Assembly (NCBI RefSeq): GCF_009914755.1
Contig: NC_060942.1
Length of the DNA stretch: 64,000 nt
Direction: 5' to 3' (one strand)
From: the human T2T-CHM13v2.0 reference genome, Homo sapiens
This document shows positions 56,750 through 64,000 of the stretch, piece after piece; within the stretch, counting starts at the first letter, position 1, and each line of letters begins with the position of its first letter. The notes beneath the pieces are model-generated. The model searched no databases. It had not been told where the DNA came from and saw only the letters and a program-made list of their open reading frames with translations. The translations under genes and the position numbers were made by a program.

Positions 56750-57059
56750 CTATACCACGGTGGCAAGGGTGAACTTTAGATAACCAAGAGAGGTCACAGG
56801 AGATGAGAAAACAGAAAAATTGGTTTACCATATACATTTAGAAAAGCAGATAAGAAATCTGGAGTTTTGTTCCCACCACACAGCAGTTGCTGAGTTTGCA
56901 GTTGGGAGCTGCTGAATAAGAACTGTGTCTTACTAATGTTCTTATCTCCAGCATCATTATGAAACTTCCACATATCAAGCAGCAAAAAATAATGACTAAG
57001 TTAAATAGTGAAACTTCATACTGTTTTCTGTGTGAAATATTGTAGAGTTGCTGGGCTCA

Positions 57060-57329
<270 letters not shown>

Positions 57330-57449
57330 TCAAAAAAATATATACTGTAGAGATGTTTTACTGTAAAATGTTTATTAATTGTACAGCTCTGTAAATTCTA
57401 TGATAAAAATATAATATATAATAGCGATATATTATAAAATGACATAATA

Positions 57450-57660
57450 TAGTATTTACTGAATGCTTACTATACGCCAGGCAATATACTAAAGCCTTTA
57501 CATAAGTTATATCATTTGATTTTCACACTAATCCTATAAAACAGATATTATTATTTTCATACTTACAGGGAGAGAAGGAAACTGAGGCATGGAGCTGTTA
57601 AGTCACACAGCTAGTCATTGGCAAAATCAGCATTTATACCTAAGCATCCTGGCTCTGGAG
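57450..57660 (-). mobile_element. MIR
   Basis: TATTTACTGAATGCTTACTATACGCCAGGCA and GGAAACTGAGGC motifs. Confidence 0.7.
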
Positions 57661-59323
57661 TGTTTCCAAAGAACATAAGTACACTGTATACCCATAGCAG
57701 CTTAAACGTATACCACATCAACCTCGCAAGAGGATGCTCAACAGTGTTTGGCTAAGGCCAATGATTTTGAATCTCTTCAGCAACCATTAGTCAGGATAAT
57801 TCAGTGTGCCATTCAGTGTCGAAAATAAGTCCTACTGAAAAAAGCCTAGTTATGCATTTTCCTTTACACTTGCTTAGCCTTCTTGTAAGTGAATCACATA
57901 GTGCATTGTACACAGCACAAAACAAGCACTCAATAAGTATTCAGTGAATTTAACCAAACTAGTAACTTTTCAGTAGCTTTGTAAGAAAAAGTACCAGGAG
58001 TCATGAAAAACAAGCAAGCAAACAGTGATAGTAAAAGACATAGTAAATATCAACATAAATCATCATTACCTCCTGGATACAAATTTTTGCTAGCTTTGGG
58101 ATAATGGTTCAAATAATATTTTCAAGAATATTGTTTAAAATGGTCACTGATAGTCTTTGAGTGCAGTAGAAAGCTCATTTACCCGGAGTTCTTTCCTTGA
58201 AAGCCTTAGATTGGTCTTCAGACAAACCAAAGTATTTTCTTTTTTTTTTTTTCTTTTTTTCTAGTCCTTGACTCAGGAAAACCACAGTATTTTAAAGAAA
58301 GGAAAAGCGCCATATTCACTTTTTTCATGTACAGGAAAACCTTGGTCTGAAAATTAAAAATGAAAGCTCTAAGAAGACACTTTATGATGGCCATTGTATG
58401 AAGGTGATTGAAAGGCTATTTTTTTCATGTTCTATTTTCTCAAGGTAATCATAGTCCAAACTGGCAAGGACTAGAATACCTCCTGTACCTAACTGGACAG
58501 AGTAAATTAGATTTTAACATTTCACAATCTCAAAGACTCTTTAATTAGAATTCAAAAAGCCATTTGTTCCAGAGTTGGAGTTTCCTACCCGCCCAGATCA
58601 GTTGTCCTATCCCAGGGTGACATAGCAACCCTAGAGATGATCTGAATTGGCCTAACCACCTTGTGTGTGCTTTGTCACTTCCTTACATCCCTTCAGCATG
58701 TGAAGACTCTCTCTTCCACCTCCAGATGAGCTGTTTCCCCAACCATCTAAGTTTGGCATCCATTTAACTAATATTTATTGAGTATCTACCATACATCGGG
58801 GCTGCTTCTGGTGTCGGGGACACAGCCGTGAATAAGACAGACAACACCTATGCCCACATAGAGCTTACATGCAGTTGAGGAAGACAAACTACACACACAC
58901 TAAAGATACGTAACTTGGGGCCAGGCATGGTGGCTCACACCTGCAATCCCAGCACTTTGGGAGGCCAGTGGAGCTTGAATCCAGGAGTTGGAGACAAGCC
59001 TAGGCAACATAAAGAGACCCCGTCTTTATGTTTAAAAAAACAAAATTAAAGAAAGAAAGATACATATCTTGGATAATTATTGAATATTGATTCACCCTGT
59101 GAAAAAATTCCACAAGATAGATGGCCCTCAGGTATCTCACTATTCACCTGGGCCCATTCTGTCAACCCTATTTCAAGTACAACAATTTAAAGAAGGAAAA
59201 GAGTTTTCAAATAAATGTAAAATCCAAATGAATCATGAAGTTTTATTTCTGTCATTTGTAAAGAATAAACTTATTTCAAATTTTTTTTTAAAATAAATAA
59301 TTCCACAGGATAATGGTTTAGAG

Positions 59324-59846
59324 CAGCAGTTCCCAACCTTTTTGGCACCAGGGACCAGTTTTGTGGAAGACAATTTTTCTCAGACTTGGGGGATGGGGGG
59401 ATGGTTTCGAGATGATTCAAGCACATTACATTTATTGTGCACTTCACTTCTATTATTATATTGTAATGGATAATAAAATAATTCTACGACTCACCATAAT
59501 GTAGAATCAGTGGGAGCCCTGAGCTTGTTTTCCTGCAACTAGATGGCCCCATAGGGTTGGGGGCAAGTGATGGGAGACAGTGACAGATCATCAGGTGTTA
59601 GAATCTCATAAGGAGCGTGTAACCTAGGTCCCTCGCGTGCGCAGTTCACAATTGGGTTTGCGCTCCTATGAGAATCTAATGCCGCTGCTGATCTGACAGC
59701 AGGCAGAGCTCAGGCAGTAATGCCAGCAATGAAGAGCAGCTGTAAATACAGATGAAGCTTCGCTCCAGTGTCGCCGCCCTCTGCTCACCTCCTGCTGAGT
59801 GGTGTGGTTTCTAACAGACCCCTGGTCCGGGAGTTGGGAACCCCTG
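59324..59846 (+). mobile_element. MER1A (hAT-Charlie), full length
   Basis: TIRs CAGCAGTTCCCAAC and GTTGGGAACCCCTG, 523 bp long, 8-bp TSD GTTTAGAG/GTTTACAG. Confidence 0.85.
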
Positions 59847-59929
59847 GTTTACAGTGGGAAAGAAAAAAATCACCTGTTAGTTGGAAGCTGGCCTGGCACA
59901 CACAGCTAGATCACAGCATTCTCCCATCA

Positions 59930-61591
<1,662 letters not shown>

Positions 61592-61630
61592 AGCATCAAC
61601 AAGGGGGAGAGGGGAAGAAGCCTTTAGTTA

Positions 61631-62401
<771 letters not shown>

Positions 62402-63228
62402 TCACACACATCTCCTCTGAATATTGATTTTGAGGTTATGGGGAAGCTAATCATACGGCCATTTTCTACTTTTAGTCAAAAAAGCTTCTGGAGGGAAAAA
62501 ATTTGAGATGTCACGTAAAGAGGTAAGGAAGTCAAGTGTGGCAGTTAAGGGTGCATGGTGCTGAGGAAGGCTTATCTCTGGCTTTACCCACTCCCACTCC
62601 CACCCAAGAACCTGTTCTCCGTTGGCTATAACCCAATCCTTGCTAAAGTTTCAATGAATAATTAACAAAAGAACTTGTAACTATCCCTTCTAGAAGTTTA
62701 TTCATTAAGAAGATGCTTCTTGAAAATGAAAAAATAAAAAGATCAGATTTAATTCTTTTTTTGAGACAGAGTCTCACTCTGTTGCCCAGGCTGGAGTACA
62801 ATGGAGCAATCTTGGCTCACTGCAACCTCCTCCTCCTGGGCTCAATTGATCCTTCCGCCTCAGCCCCCCAAGTAGCTGGGACTAGAGGCATGAGCCACCA
62901 CGCCCAGCTAATTTTTGTGTTTTTTGTAGAGATGAAGTTTCACCATGTTGCCCAGGCTGGTCTCAAACTCCTGAGCTCAAGTGATCCACCTGCATTGGCC
63001 TCCCAAAGTGCTAGGATTACAGGCGGATGAATTACTGTGGAACACTTGTTTGAACATGCTGTTACTGGGGAAACAAACCTGCCGTAGCGGTCAATGAAGT
63101 ACTTGCAAAACTGCTTGGGGGATAGGAGTACCTGTTTCTGAAAAGGGGGTGCTGACTGGAGGTGGTGTAACAGGGTCCCTACCACACAGCACAGTTCCTC
63201 TCTAGGTGAACTCTAACATAACACCTGA

Positions 63229-63601
<373 letters not shown>

Positions 63602-64000
63602 TAACTATGTTTATACAATTATCAGCTAATCTTCCCAGGATACAGTGTTACTTATGGTGAAATTATAATATTAAAGGATTTTCTCTCTCCCCTAATTGCT
63701 TGCTTGACATTGACTCTGTTTCCTTGATTACTTCTTTGACAAGAACTTCTCCATAAAACTTATAGTTTAATATCCAGTATTTTAATCTTCAGCCATAGTG
63801 GGTCAAATTATTGAGTAAGCAAATGAACAGCACAAAGAGAAGGAAGAGCCTCAGCATTCATTGTCCTTGTAGTCAGCTATATTTTGGCTTTCATTGTCTG
63901 GGAGCTAAGGTAAACACACAGAGAACAGGAGGGAAAAGATCATTGTGTACTAAGATGGTTTGTGTTTTGTTTCTAAAATATTTTGAGGACATATTTCCCT

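Overview
Human (primate) genomic DNA containing the 5' end of OSBPL1A (ORP1L, oxysterol-binding protein-related protein 1L) on the minus strand. A CpG-island promoter and non-coding exon 1 lie near 40 kb. Three coding exons (19737-19859, 10612-10697, 9217-9291) splice in frame to residues 1-94 of the ankyrin-repeat N-terminus, and the gene continues off the left edge. The rest is intron and upstream intergenic DNA packed with Alus (roughly 60), L1/L2/MIR relics, MaLR/ERV LTRs (including a full-length solo LTR12C next to exon 2) and DNA-transposon relics. Nearly all ORFs in the supplied track are Alu or LTR artefacts. I found no evidence of a novel multi-gene system. The most notable unexplained structures are a perfect 36-bp-stem hairpin at 48271-48346, an Alu with a self-copied inverted segment, a predicted exon 2-4 circle that creates its own stop codon, a candidate alternative terminal exon giving a 100-aa isoform, and a MiT/TFE motif cluster at the promoter. 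Repeat subfamily names come from recalled consensus sequences and repeat boundaries are approximate.
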